Counted from the first letter of the stretch, positions 8,107 through 18,003 are shown. The stretch: DNA of 64,000 nt from Abditibacterium sp. (GCA_965246885.1 OZ251992.1:192001-256000), one strand, 5' to 3'. Numbers and translations are program-made. The notes: a model not told the origin generated them from the letters alone.

Positions 8107-10286
8107 CCGGGGAGCGAGACGTCGGCGCCCGCGACTGGGGTGGAGGCGACGGTACCGCTCGCGGTGATGCGCGCGACTTTGGCGCCGGGAAGCCACTTCC
8201 CGGCGCCGGGTATGGAAATGGTGCCGCCGGTTTGGTTGATGAGCAAGACGGCGCGGCTCCCGTCGGCGCGCTTTACGGCGAGCAGTTGCAGGGCCGCCGC
8301 GTCGTCGGTTTTGGTTCCGGCGAGCGCGCCGACGAGGTTGCGGGCGCCGAGTTGGTAGAGGTCATAGGCGGGGTGCGTGGCGTCGTTTTCGTCTATCAGG
8401 GAGCCGTAAGCGTGGCCGCGCTGCGCCCACAGCGTCATGCCGCGCGCGCCGGACATGGCCACTTCGCGCGCCGCGAGCGCCAAGAAGACGGCGCCGACGG
8501 AGTTTTGGTGGCGCCGCTCGAAGGGATCCCACGTGTATTTGACGTTGACTTCGGTGAGGTAGCCGGGGATGGCGCGCTTGTGGGCGGCAACCATTTGCAT
8601 GGCGCCGCGCGCCAAGGCGCCGACGTTGCTTCCGGCGTTGGCGAAGACGGTCTCGTTGGTCTCATACAGGTCGCCCGTCGCGTAGTTGTGCCACGTCAGG
8701 AAGTCGGCGGACGGGCAAGCGTCGAGAAAGCCGTTGACCCATTCCGGCTTGGCCCACGTGAGCGCGGGGCCGCCGATTTTGGCGGCGGGGTCGGCGGCGC
8801 GCATGGCGAGCGCGCACTTGTTCCACGTGCGCCACAACGCGGGCAAGCGGTTCGCGCGCTCGAAAGCGCCGTCCCACTCGTTCGGCACTTCCCACGCGGC
8901 GACTTGGAACTTATCGGCCTTGGCGAGCGACACCAAGCGCGCGCAAAAGGCGGCAAAGGCGTCCTCGTCGGCGGGCGTCATGGTTTCGGGGCGCCCATCG
9001 GCAATCCACGCCGGAAGCGCGTTGATGCACACCATAACGCGCGCGTTGCCGTAGAGCTTGCGGGCTTGGGCGAACATCGCCTTCACCTTCGCCTCGTCCC
9101 AGTCGCGCTTGGCGGGGTCGGTCAACTTGGCGACAAAATCGCCTTGGTGCAAGCGCACGAGCGGGGCGCCCAAGGCGGAAAAGAGGGTTTGATACTTGGC
9201 GGAGGAATCGGCGAAGCTCGCTTGGTCGTTGACGCCCCACATGTCGGGCGCCATGTTGCCGACGGTCTGGCTCCAGTCCACCGAAGCGCGCACCGTCTTG
9301 GCGGGCGCTTTGGGATCGGGCTGGTCGAGCGGCAAGGGACGCTTGACGGCGGGCGAAAGCACTACGGCATCAATGCGGACGGTATTGGGCTTGTCGCCGC
9401 CGTCATTGCGGCCCAAAACGAGCTTTTCTCCGGGCAAATCGGCGCGCGCGAAGACATCGGTCTCTTGCCACTCGAAGCGGTCGGGCGCGCTCCAGAACCA
9501 CCGGTCGCCGCCTGCGGTTTTGACGCAAAACGGCCCGCCCTTGCGATGCACCCACACCTTGAAAGCGTCGCCCCCCTTTGGCAAGGGGATGGAAACAAGC
9601 GGCTGCCAATCGTTTTTGCTGGTCACGGCTTTGCCGCCCAAGGCGCCGTCCGCGTCCACGACATCCGCCGCCGCGAAGTCGCTGGCTTTGAAGAGGGCGC
9701 CGTCGGGCGTGTCCTTGGCGCCGAGCGCGACCTGCGCGCCTTCGCCCAGATTCGCTTTATCGTCGGCGGCCTTTGTCTTTGCGGGCGCCAGAGCGGGCAC
9801 AGTTTTATCGGCGTTGGGGTCGTAGGCGTCGTCCATCGCAAAGACGGCACAGTCGAGAACCGGGCCTTGTCCGCCGTCGCCGCCGCGAATGACGACCAGA
9901 TGGGCGCCCAATTCGGCCCGCGAATAACGCCCGACGCGCTTCCAAGTGAGCGCCGCCGGTTTGTCCCACAGCCAAGTCAGGTCTTTCTGACCGCCGGGCA
10001 AATCGGCTTTGGCCAAAACGGGCGCATCCTTATAGCGCAGCCAAACCGTGAAGGCGTCGCCGGTCGCGGGCACATCGGCAATGAGGAGCGGTTGCCAATC
10101 GCGCGGGATGGAAACCGCTTTGCCGCCCGACGCATCGGGCAACTCCACGACTTTGGCATCGCCCGCCGTCAGGTGAGCTTCGGCCTCGACGCGGGTGGTT
10201 TGGGCGCGGGCGGGGGTGCAACCGACAAGCGCCAAGGGCAGAAAAAGCGAGAGCGCCCAACGGGGACGCGGCGGAAGGAGAAACAT
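8079..10286 (-). CDS. Secreted clan-A glycoside hydrolase (GH39-like) with two tandem N-terminal CBM-like modules
   Basis: Signal peptide; duplicated GGKAV..DWQPL..GDAF.VW module; WEVPNEWD (acid/base), KIGGPA, FLTWHNY, YLTEVN (nucleophile). Confidence 0.8.
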   Translation of the reverse strand: MFLLPPRPRWALSLFLPLALVGCTPARAQTTRVEAEAHLTAGDAKVVELPDASGGKAVSIPRDWQPLLIADVPATGDAFTVWLRYKDAPVLAKADLPGGQKDLTWLWDKPAALTWKRVGRYSRAELGAHLVVIRGGDGGQGPVLDCAVFAMDDAYDPNADKTVPALAPAKTKAADDKANLGEGAQVALGAKDTPDGALFKASDFAAADVVDADGALGGKAVTSKNDWQPLVSIPLPKGGDAFKVWVHRKGGPFCVKTAGGDRWFWSAPDRFEWQETDVFARADLPGEKLVLGRNDGGDKPNTVRIDAVVLSPAVKRPLPLDQPDPKAPAKTVRASVDWSQTVGNMAPDMWGVNDQASFADSSAKYQTLFSALGAPLVRLHQGDFVAKLTDPAKRDWDEAKVKAMFAQARKLYGNARVMVCINALPAWIADGRPETMTPADEDAFAAFCARLVSLAKADKFQVAAWEVPNEWDGAFERANRLPALWRTWNKCALAMRAADPAAKIGGPALTWAKPEWVNGFLDACPSADFLTWHNYATGDLYETNETVFANAGSNVGALARGAMQMVAAHKRAIPGYLTEVNVKYTWDPFERRHQNSVGAVFLALAAREVAMSGARGMTLWAQRGHAYGSLIDENDATHPAYDLYQLGARNLVGALAGTKTDDAAALQLLAVKRADGSRAVLLINQTGGTISIPGAGKWLPGAKVARITASGTVASTPVAGADVSLPGYSLALLTG

Positions 10287-10290
10287 GAAT

Positions 10291-10324
10291 GAAAGAGCCG
10301 CACCTTCCCGAAAGAAGGCGCGGC
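10291..10324 (-). terminator. Hairpin with short U-rich tail between the DUF1559 gene and the hydrolase
   Basis: Minus strand GCCGCGCCTTC-TTTCGG-GAAGGTGCGGC-TCTTTC. Confidence 0.6.
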
Positions 10325-10353
10325 GCGGGTTGGGTCGAGAGACGCAACTGGGC

Positions 10354-11193
10354 TTAGTCGTCTTCGATGGTGAACGCAGTGGCCACGTTGGCGGTGCCGG
10401 TGCTACCGATGCAGCCTTGCACGCAACCGGGCAGGACTTTAGTCACAGTGAGTTGGCTCAGCTTGCTCGCTTTGACGTGACCATCCACATACAAGGCGTT
10501 CATGGTTTCGAGGTGACGCTCGACGGCGACTTGGTCGGCGTTGGAATTGGGATATTGGCGTAGCCCGTTCACGGTCGCCACGCTTTCTTCGCTGGGATTA
10601 TCGGTTAGGATGTAGGCGGGACTATAATCGCCGGGAATGCCGTCCATAACCCAGACAGTGGTCGCCGCCGACGCGACTTTGGCCATCGAGTTGACGAATA
10701 CGTTGGAGCTACCGTCATAGAACGACACGGGCGGCGTGTAAGGAGCGCCGACGCGCTTTTTGTATATCGCGTTGATGACGTAGGAGCCTTGGCTACTGGA
10801 TCCACCGAACATGGCGCCCGAAGTGAAGTCCTTGGCGGGCTTGAAAATGGCGTGGGCGCGCGAGTCGCTGGGACAAGTGAAAAGCTGCGTGCTTTTGACG
10901 TACGGTTGGAGGGCATCCATCCACGAGTATTGGAAATCGGTGGCGCCGATAAAGTTACCTTGACCAAAGTAGTGCAAGCTACCATCACCTGTGTAGGTGG
11001 GCGCGACAAGTGTCTCGTCGTAGTCCTGCGAGTATTGCAGCAAACCGAGGCCGATTTGCTTGAGGTTAGACTGGCAGGACGCGCGTCGCGCGTTCTCGCG
11101 GGCACGGGCGAAAGCCGGGAAAAGGATGGCGGCAAGGATGGCGATGATAGCGATAACTACCAATAATTCTATCAAAGTAAATGCTTTTTTCAT
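10354..11193 (-). CDS. Prepilin-type N-terminal cleavage/methylation DUF1559 protein with H-X9-DG motif
   Basis: [50 protein letters not shown]...[15 protein letters not shown]. Confidence 0.95.
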   Translation of the reverse strand: MKKAFTLIELLVVIAIIAILAAILFPAFARARENARRASCQSNLKQIGLGLLQYSQDYDETLVAPTYTGDGSLHYFGQGNFIGATDFQYSWMDALQPYVKSTQLFTCPSDSRAHAIFKPAKDFTSGAMFGGSSSQGSYVINAIYKKRVGAPYTPPVSFYDGSSNVFVNSMAKVASAATTVWVMDGIPGDYSPAYILTDNPSEESVATVNGLRQYPNSNADQVAVERHLETMNALYVDGHVKASKLSQLTVTKVLPGCVQGCIGSTGTANVATAFTIEDD

Positions 11194-11213
11194 GATGCTC
11201 GTGTAAGTGATCT

Positions 11214-12284
11214 TTAAAGATCGGTCGAAAACTGCGCAGTCGAGCTACGCGATACCAATTCGCCGTGAACGACAACGCGCTTCGGCTCTGGTGGGCCTTC
11301 GCCCAACAGACGTTCCAACAAGATGCCCACAACATGCTCCGCCATTGGCTCAACAGGTGCCGAGGTTGTGGTCAGCGGGATGGCGGCAAAGGGCGCAATG
11401 GCGTCGTCATCGTGCCCCACTACCGAGACATCTTCCGGCACGCGCACCCCGTTTTGCGTTAAGACGGACACAAACGCGGCGGCGGCGTAATCGTTGGCGA
11501 CGATCATCGCGCTTGGCCGCGCTTTGAGCGCCAAGAACTCGCCCGCCAAACGCGCGCCGTCCTCTTCGTAGCGTAGCGTGCCGTCGTTGCCGAACAACCA
11601 CTGCGGGCGCAGTTCGACGTTGTGAGCGCGCGCCTCGGCTTCGATAGATTCGAGCATCGCGCCTTCGGGCTGGCGATGTCCCACGCAAAACACCCCGATG
11701 TCGCGGTGCCCCAACCCGAACAGGTGCCGCGCGGACAGCCCGAACGACTGCGCTTCGTCGTAGACCACTTGATCGCAGTTGAGGTCGGCGAAGCCTTCGT
11801 AGCCATAGGCCACGCACAGCCCGCCGTCGTCCACAAAGCGCCGCAGTTTTTGCGTCGCTTCCTCGCTCATTTGCGCGAGGTTGCACACCAAGGCGCGCGG
11901 TTTGCCGGACAACGCCCCGGCCATCACTTCGAGTTGGTGCGCCGCGATGCCGCCGCCGCGATAGCCGTAGGCATGAACGGGAACCGAGAACCCGGCGTCG
12001 TTCAGCCACGCTTGAATCAGTTGCAACAAGCGCGTGCGCGCCGACAAATCGAGGTCGAGCGTGAAAAACGCGATAGATTTTTCGTTGCGCCCACTGGACA
12101 GCACCCGCGCGAGCGGATCGGCCTCGAAACCCATCTCGCTCGCCAAGCGCAACACTTCCTCGCGCGTGGAAGTCGCCACGTAGCCACGCCCCGATAGGGC
12201 GTGCGACGCGGTGGTTTTGGAAATGCCCGCCGCGCGCGCCACGTCCGCTAAAGTCACGCCTTTACGTGTCAAAGAAATTTGCAT
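11214..12284 (-). CDS. LacI-family transcriptional regulator
   Basis: [27 protein letters not shown]-terminal [12 protein letters not shown]...PLTT. Confidence 0.95.
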   Translation of the reverse strand: MQISLTRKGVTLADVARAAGISKTTASHALSGRGYVATSTREEVLRLASEMGFEADPLARVLSSGRNEKSIAFFTLDLDLSARTRLLQLIQAWLNDAGFSVPVHAYGYRGGGIAAHQLEVMAGALSGKPRALVCNLAQMSEEATQKLRRFVDDGGLCVAYGYEGFADLNCDQVVYDEAQSFGLSARHLFGLGHRDIGVFCVGHRQPEGAMLESIEAEARAHNVELRPQWLFGNDGTLRYEEDGARLAGEFLALKARPSAMIVANDYAAAAFVSVLTQNGVRVPEDVSVVGHDDDAIAPFAAIPLTTTSAPVEPMAEHVVGILLERLLGEGPPEPKRVVVHGELVSRSSTAQFSTDL

Positions 12285-12303
12285 TGCCGTTTACTCCCGC
12301 GCC

Positions 12304-12360
12304 CAAACCGGTTTGTATAATCCCAGTATGCCCATCCGCGCGCCGTTTCAAACCGGTTTG
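12304..12360. promoter_or_regulatory. Two LacI-type operators CAAACCGGTTTG
   Basis: Identical perfect 12-bp palindromes at 12304-12315 and 12349-12360, upstream of the lacI-family gene; central CG and flanking A/T tracts are typical of LacI sites. Confidence 0.8.
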
Positions 12361-12410
12361 GGAAATTTTTTGGCAGAATTTTTTCGGGCGAGGCGCCACA
12401 CTGTTGCCCT

Positions 12411-13271
12411 ATGATTCTCCTCGACGGCAAAGCTACCGCACTTCGGGTGCGCGAGCGCGTGCAAAGCGAAGTAGCCGCCCTCCATACGCGCGGGGTTGGC
12501 GTGGGTCTGGGCACCATCCTCGTGGGCGACGACCCGGCCAGCGCGGTTTATATCGGCGCGAAAATCAAAGCGTGCGAGGAAGCGGGCATCGAGTCCATCC
12601 ACGCCCAACTACCCGCCAGCGCCACCCAAGCGCAGGTTGAAGCGCAAATCACCGCCTTCAACGCCGACCCGCGCGTGTCGGCGTTCATCGTGCAACTGCC
12701 GCTCCCCAAGGGGTTAAGCGAGGAACGCGCCCTGCTCGCGGTCGCGCCCGACAAAGACGCGGACGGCCTGCATCCCGTCAATTTGGGCCGCCTCGTGATG
12801 GGCGCCCCCGGCCCCCTTCCCTGCACGCCCGCCGGGATTGTCGAACTCTTGCGCGCCCACGATGTGCCCGTCGCGGGCAAGCACGTCGTCATCGTCGGGC
12901 GCGGCCTCACCATCGGGCGGCCCCTCGCGCTACTTTTGGCCCTCAAGCGCCCCGGCTGCAACGCGGCGGTGACGGTCGTGCACACGGGTGTCCCCGACTT
13001 GCCTTCTTACACGCGCGGGGCCGATATTCTCATCGCGGCGGCGGGCAGCCCTAATTTAATCCAAGCCGACTGGATTAAACCCGGCGCGGCGGTTGTGGGT
13101 GGGGGCATCACGCGCGGCGAAGGCAAGAAAATTCTCTCCGACGTGGACGATTCGGTCGCGCAGGTCGCGGGCTGGATGACGCCCCGCGTCGGCGGCGTTG
13201 GCCCGATGACCGTCGCCATGCTGCTCCAAAACACCGTCGTCGCTGCCCAGAAAAACGTGGTCTCCAAGTGA
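12411..13271 (+). CDS. folD: Bifunctional methylene-THF dehydrogenase/cyclohydrolase
   Basis: ILLDGK, LVGDDPASAVY, VQLPLP, KDADGLHPVNLG, PCTPAG, TPRVGGVGPMTVAMLLQN. Confidence 0.97.
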   Translation: MILLDGKATALRVRERVQSEVAALHTRGVGVGLGTILVGDDPASAVYIGAKIKACEEAGIESIHAQLPASATQAQVEAQITAFNADPRVSAFIVQLPLPKGLSEERALLAVAPDKDADGLHPVNLGRLVMGAPGPLPCTPAGIVELLRAHDVPVAGKHVVIVGRGLTIGRPLALLLALKRPGCNAAVTVVHTGVPDLPSYTRGADILIAAAGSPNLIQADWIKPGAAVVGGGITRGEGKKILSDVDDSVAQVAGWMTPRVGGVGPMTVAMLLQNTVVAAQKNVVSK

Positions 13272-13280
13272 AAGAAAGGC

Positions 13281-13450
13281 GTGCGGGAACCGTCCACCGC
13301 GCTACCCCGAACATTCGCCGGGTTAATTCTTCCGTCCGCCGGGTTGCGCCAATGGTTCACCGGCATACGCGAACGGTTGGCGCAGCTAATTCTTTCGTCG
13401 GCGCGGTTAATTCTCGCGTCAGTTAGTCAATTCTTTCTTTGGCGCGGCCC
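13281..13450. repeat. 21-bp-period degenerate array, family B
   Basis: Consecutive 21-mers such as gtgcgggaaccgtccaccgcg, ttaattcttccgtccgccggg and ctaattctttcgtcggcgcgg, between convergent genes. Confidence 0.7.
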
Positions 13451-13478
13451 GTTCACCGCAAGAATTAGTCCGGATTGT

Positions 13479-14741
13479 TTACAGCCCGACCGCCAACTTC
13501 GCCCGCGCGGGAACGGGGCCAAGCGCCGCGAGTTGCAGCGTGTCGGCGCGGAACACTTCGCGCGCTACTCCCTGCACGTCGGCGAGCGAGACGCTCTCGA
13601 ACGCTGCGAGGGTCTCTTCCGGAGTGCGGCGCGCGCCCCACGTCCATTCGTTGCGCGCGAGGCGACTCATGCGCGACCCCAAACTTTCTTCGGCGAGGAG
13701 CAAATTGATGCGCGCCATCCGTTTGGCGCGGTTGAGTTCGGTTTCGCGGACGCCATTCTCGCGGATTTTATGCAGTTCGCGGCCAATGAGTGCAAGCGTT
13801 TTGCGCGCGTTTTCGGGCGCCACGCTGGTTTCCAGCGCCCAATAACCGCCACTGCGAAAGTTGGCGGACGCGCCGCCCAGCGAATAGCACAAGCCGCGCT
13901 TTTCGCGGATTTCTTGAAAAAGGCGGCTGGAATAACCGCCCGTTAGAATGGAGTCGAGGAGCCACAAAGCGTGGCAACGCTCGTCGCGCGCGCCGAAACT
14001 GGGAGCGCCCAAAAGGAGATGAACACCCTCGGTATCGTCGCGCTCGATGCGGTTTTGTGGCGGTGCGAGCGGCGGGCTATCGAGGGCCGTTGCGCCGTCT
14101 TCGGCGGGCAGGTCGCGCAGAAACTTCGCCGCCCAGCCGACGACTTGCTCGTGCGAGACGTCGCCCGCGACCGCCACCACGCACCGCGAGGGCGAGTAAA
14201 AACGGTTCATAAACGCGCGCAGGTTCTCCGAGGAAAGCGCCGCGACCGTTTCGCTTTGCCCCAAAATCGGGCGTCCCCACGCCGAGCGCGGCCACATCTG
14301 CTCCAGAAACAAGTCCTCGACGCGCTCTTCGGGCGCATCCATCGCCCCGCGTATTTCTTCGAGCACCACGCCCTTTTCGACTTCGAGCAGTTCCGCGTCC
14401 AAGAGCGGTTGCGTCGCAAATTCGCAAAGCAACGACAGCGCCGCGCGCAAGTGCTCCCCCAGCACTTTGACGTGATAACAAACGAACTCGCGCTCGGTGA
14501 ACGCGTTCATGCCGCCGCCCAAATCGTCCATCATGGACGCGATTTTAAGCATGGAGTGGCGCCGCGTGCCCTTGAAAACCATATGTTCCAACAGGTGCGC
14601 CAACCCCCCTTCGGCCTCGGTTTCGTGCGCGCACCCGGCCTCGAACCATAGCCCCACCGACGCGGAGTAAGTGTTCTCTATCCGCTCCGTTAGCACACGC
14701 ACGCCAGTGGGAAGGGTCGTCTTTTCAAATTGGGCTTGCAT
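13479..14741 (-). CDS. M16 family zinc peptidase
   Basis: GLAHLLEHMVFKGT (HxxEH), MNAFT, SSRLFQEIREKRGLCY. Confidence 0.95.
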   Translation of the reverse strand: MQAQFEKTTLPTGVRVLTERIENTYSASVGLWFEAGCAHETEAEGGLAHLLEHMVFKGTRRHSMLKIASMMDDLGGGMNAFTEREFVCYHVKVLGEHLRAALSLLCEFATQPLLDAELLEVEKGVVLEEIRGAMDAPEERVEDLFLEQMWPRSAWGRPILGQSETVAALSSENLRAFMNRFYSPSRCVVAVAGDVSHEQVVGWAAKFLRDLPAEDGATALDSPPLAPPQNRIERDDTEGVHLLLGAPSFGARDERCHALWLLDSILTGGYSSRLFQEIREKRGLCYSLGGASANFRSGGYWALETSVAPENARKTLALIGRELHKIRENGVRETELNRAKRMARINLLLAEESLGSRMSRLARNEWTWGARRTPEETLAAFESVSLADVQGVAREVFRADTLQLAALGPVPARAKLAVGL

Positions 14742-14780
14742 CGAATAGGGGAAAGTATGAGGGGCGCGGCGTTGTTTCCG

Positions 14781-14882
14781 GCGACTGAAGTCGCAGCCAG
14801 CGAGAGCGTCGGCCTTTGCCGGTTGGGTTGCTGCTACTTGTCGGCAAAGGCCGACGCTCTCGCTGGCTGCGACTTCAGTCGC
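14781..14882. repeat. REPIN/MITE-like element with perfect 41-bp inverted arms
   Basis: 14781-14821 is the exact reverse complement of 14842-14882; arms begin with the hairpin GCGAC-TGAA-GTCGC. Confidence 0.9.
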
Positions 14883-14900
14883 TCGGCTACAATTGCATAC

Positions 14901-14981
14901 ATGAAGCCTCTACCGCGACGCTCCCCGTCCGAAGTTGTTAAATTGTGCCGTTGCCCGGAAAAAGCAGGAACAGCACGATGA
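14901..14981 (+). CDS. Candidate leaderless 26-aa upstream peptide
   Basis: TACAAT (14888-14893) + 7 nt + ATG; MKPLPRRSPSEVVKLCRCPEKAGTAR; its TGA overlaps the kinase ATG (ATGA). Confidence 0.4.
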   Translation: MKPLPRRSPSEVVKLCRCPEKAGTAR

Positions 14982-15922
14982 ACTCTTCGCCACGCGCGTT
15001 GTCTTTGGGAATTTTGGTCGCCGATGTCATTGGCCGCCCGATTGATGGCGTGCCCGCACGCGGCGCGCTGCAACTGGTGCCGTCCATATCGCCCCACATC
15101 GGCGGGTGCGCCGCCAATAGCGGGATAGGTTTACAAACCTTAGGTATCGAAACACACGTCGTCGGCGCCGTTGGGGAGGACGGCTTCGGCGACTTCGTAG
15201 GGCAAACCCTCGAAAGTCACGGCGTGACGGCGCACCTCACCCGCAAAGCGGCGCCCACTTCCGCGACGATGGTGCTGGTCGCGTCCGACGGCGAGCGCTC
15301 CTTTTTGCACTGCGTGGGCGCCAACGCCGCCTTTGAGTTGGGTGACATAGACCTTGAGTTACTTGATGGCGCCGACTTGCTCCACATCGCGGGGCACGGT
15401 TTGATGCCCCAGTTCGACGGCGCGCAGTGTGCGCGGCTCCTCCAGATTGCGCGCGAGCGGGGCGTCCCGACCGCGCTCGACACGGCGGGCGCTCCCGACG
15501 ACCGATGGCGCGACAACCTGCGTGCGTGCTTGCCGCACCTCGATTACTTCGTGCCCTCGCTTCACGAGGTCGAGGGCTTGTTTCCCGGCACGACCAATCC
15601 CGAAGCGGTGGCGACCAAGCTACTCGAAGCGGGCGTCAAAGTCGTGGCGCTGAAGATGGGCGAGCGCGGCTCGTTCGTGACCGATGGCCGCGAGTCGCAC
15701 TTCGTGGCGCCGTTTATGGTGGACGCCGTAGACGCGACGGGCGCGGGCGACGCTTTTGCCGCCGGTTTCCTGTGCGGCGTGTTGCACGGCTTCGATTTGA
15801 AAGGTTGCGCGCGGCTGGGCAACGCTTGCGGCGCCTTGTGCGTAACGCAAGTCGGAACTGTCGCGGGCTACCGCTCGCTCGAAGAGACACTTGAGTTTAT
15901 CGCGGGCTTTGCGTCCGCTTAG
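14978..15922 (+). CDS. PfkB-family carbohydrate kinase
   Basis: GGCAAN, GAVGEDGFG, DGERSF, KMGERGS, DATGAGDAFAAGF. Confidence 0.93.
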   Translation: MNSSPRALSLGILVADVIGRPIDGVPARGALQLVPSISPHIGGCAANSGIGLQTLGIETHVVGAVGEDGFGDFVGQTLESHGVTAHLTRKAAPTSATMVLVASDGERSFLHCVGANAAFELGDIDLELLDGADLLHIAGHGLMPQFDGAQCARLLQIARERGVPTALDTAGAPDDRWRDNLRACLPHLDYFVPSLHEVEGLFPGTTNPEAVATKLLEAGVKVVALKMGERGSFVTDGRESHFVAPFMVDAVDATGAGDAFAAGFLCGVLHGFDLKGCARLGNACGALCVTQVGTVAGYRSLEETLEFIAGFASA

Positions 15923-15931
15923 AAGAACATT

Positions 15932-16981
15932 ATGAACACCACTCGCCATAGCACTGCCGCCGATTTCCACTTTTCGGCTGGCCCTTGGAACCTGCACATC
16001 GGCGCCGACCCGTTCGGCCCGCCCGTCCGCGACGAGATCGCCTTTGCGCGCAAGCTCGCTATCTTCAAGGAACTGGGCCTCGACTACGTGCAGTTCCACG
16101 ACGACGACGCCGTGCCGGACGAAGCGTCGGCTTCGGAGCGCGAACGGGTCACGGCGCAAATCAAGCACTTATTGGATGAACACGGCATGCGCGCCGAATT
16201 CGTCGCGCCGCGTTTGTGGGAGGACGCGCGCGGCGTGGATGGCCCCGTCACGAGCAACGACCCCGCCAACCGCGCTTATGCATTGGAGCGCGGCAAGCGT
16301 TCGATTGACGTGGCGCGATTGATGGGGACGGAGAAAATCGTGTGGTGGCCCGCCCGCGAGGGGACGTATATCCGCGAAGCCAAGGATGCGCAGGCGGCGT
16401 TTGGTTGGATGCTTGACTGGACGAACGCCTTGCTCGAATACGGGCCGGAAGTCAAAATCATGGGCGAGATGAAGCCCAACGAGCCGATGGACGCGATGTA
16501 TCTGCCCACGCCGGGCCACTTCCTCGCGTTTGCGCACCAAACCAACGCGCCGGAGCGCGTCGGCGTCCTCATCGAATCGGCGCACGCGATTCTGGCGGGC
16601 CTCGACCCATCCGAAGAGTTCGCCTTCGCGCTGTTCCAGAAGAAGCTGTGGGGCGTGCATATCAACGACCAGAACGGCTTGAAGTACGATCAGGACAAGA
16701 CCTTCGGCGGCGTAGACCTGCGCCGCGCATGGAACCAAGTGGATGTCCTCGTGCGGTCTGGCTTCGGGCAAAACGGCGAAGTCGTCGGCATTGACGTAAA
16801 AGCCATGCGCACCCAAACGGGCGAGGCTTACTCGCACCTGCGCCATTCCAAGGAAGTCTTCTTGGACTTGGTGGCGCTATCACACACGATAGACCGCGCC
16901 CAAATCGAAGCCCTGCGCGCGGCGCGCGACTACGAGGGCTTGGAGCGGTTCATCATCCGCAACCTGCGGGGGCAAGCGTGA
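15932..16981 (+). CDS. Xylose isomerase-like sugar isomerase
   Basis: GADPFG, QFHDDD, WPAREG, EMKPNEP, ESAH, HINDQNGLKYDQD. Confidence 0.88.
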   Translation: MNTTRHSTAADFHFSAGPWNLHIGADPFGPPVRDEIAFARKLAIFKELGLDYVQFHDDDAVPDEASASERERVTAQIKHLLDEHGMRAEFVAPRLWEDARGVDGPVTSNDPANRAYALERGKRSIDVARLMGTEKIVWWPAREGTYIREAKDAQAAFGWMLDWTNALLEYGPEVKIMGEMKPNEPMDAMYLPTPGHFLAFAHQTNAPERVGVLIESAHAILAGLDPSEEFAFALFQKKLWGVHINDQNGLKYDQDKTFGGVDLRRAWNQVDVLVRSGFGQNGEVVGIDVKAMRTQTGEAYSHLRHSKEVFLDLVALSHTIDRAQIEALRAARDYEGLERFIIRNLRGQA

Positions 16982-17967
16982 AAATCGCCGTCTTTTCGAC
17001 CAAGCCCTACGACGAGCGTTCCTTTCGCGCCGCCAACCGCGCGCATGAACACGAGTGGACGTTCTTCGACGTATTACTGACGCCCCAAAGCGCGCCGCTC
17101 GCGGCGGGGCACGACGCGGTATGCGCTTTCGTCAACGACCAGTTGGGGCGCGAGACGCTCGACATACTCGCCAAGGGCGGCACGAAATACATCGCCATGC
17201 GCTGCGCGGGCTTCGACAAGGTGGACTTGGAAGCGGCGCGGGAACTCGAACTCAAGGTAGGCCGCGTGCCCGCCTACTCGCCGCACGCCGTCGCCGAACA
17301 CGCCGTTGCGCTCCTCCAAACGCTCAATCGCCAAACCCACCACGCGAACGCGCGCATTCATTCCAACAACTTCGCGCTTGAAGGCTTGCTCGGCTTCGAC
17401 TTGTATGGCAAGACTTTTGGCGTCGTCGGCACGGGCAAAATCGGCATTTGCATGGTGCGCATCGCGCTCGGCTTTGGCTGCCGCGTCTTGTGCTACGACC
17501 CCTTCCCGTCGCCCGACTTGGCCAAATACGACGCCGAGTTAGTCGAACTTCCCGCGCTTTTGGCCGCCTCCGACATCGTTTCATTGCATTGCCCGCTTAT
17601 GCCCGCGACGCACCACCTGATTAACGAGGCTTCCCTCGCGGGGATGAAGCGCGGCGCCTTTTTGATTAACACCTCGCGCGGCGGCTTGATAGACACCGCC
17701 GCCGCCATCAATGCCATCGAATCCGGGCAATTGGGCGCTTTAGGAATTGACGTCTACGAGAACGAAAGTCCCCTGTTCTTCGAGGACAGGTCGAGCGAAA
17801 AGCTCGCCGACGACCTCTTCGCCCGCCTCATCTCGTTCCCCAACGTCCTCGTGACGGGGCACCAAGCGTTCTTTACGCGCGAGGCGCTCGACAACATCGC
17901 GCAAACCACCCTCGCCAACCTCAACGGCTGGGCCACGAGCGGCTCCTGTCCCAATCCGGTGGAGTGA
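16978..17967 (+). CDS. ldhA: D-2-hydroxyacid (D-lactate) dehydrogenase
   Basis: KIAVFSTKPYD, MRCAGFDKVDL, RVPAYSPHAVAEH, GTGKIG, LHCPL, NTSRG, TGHQAFFT. Confidence 0.9.
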   Translation: MKIAVFSTKPYDERSFRAANRAHEHEWTFFDVLLTPQSAPLAAGHDAVCAFVNDQLGRETLDILAKGGTKYIAMRCAGFDKVDLEAARELELKVGRVPAYSPHAVAEHAVALLQTLNRQTHHANARIHSNNFALEGLLGFDLYGKTFGVVGTGKIGICMVRIALGFGCRVLCYDPFPSPDLAKYDAELVELPALLAASDIVSLHCPLMPATHHLINEASLAGMKRGAFLINTSRGGLIDTAAAINAIESGQLGALGIDVYENESPLFFEDRSSEKLADDLFARLISFPNVLVTGHQAFFTREALDNIAQTTLANLNGWATSGSCPNPVE

Positions 17968-18003
17968 GCGTATGGAATAGGCTCGACAACCTCCCAAATC
18001 ACC

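Noticed and set aside
7983..10292. 769-aa plus-strand ORF and similar long ORFs (39546..41588, 51676..53691, 20367..22049, 54757..56292)
   Set aside because: Antisense or alternate-frame shadows of well-supported genes in high-GC DNA, with no motifs.
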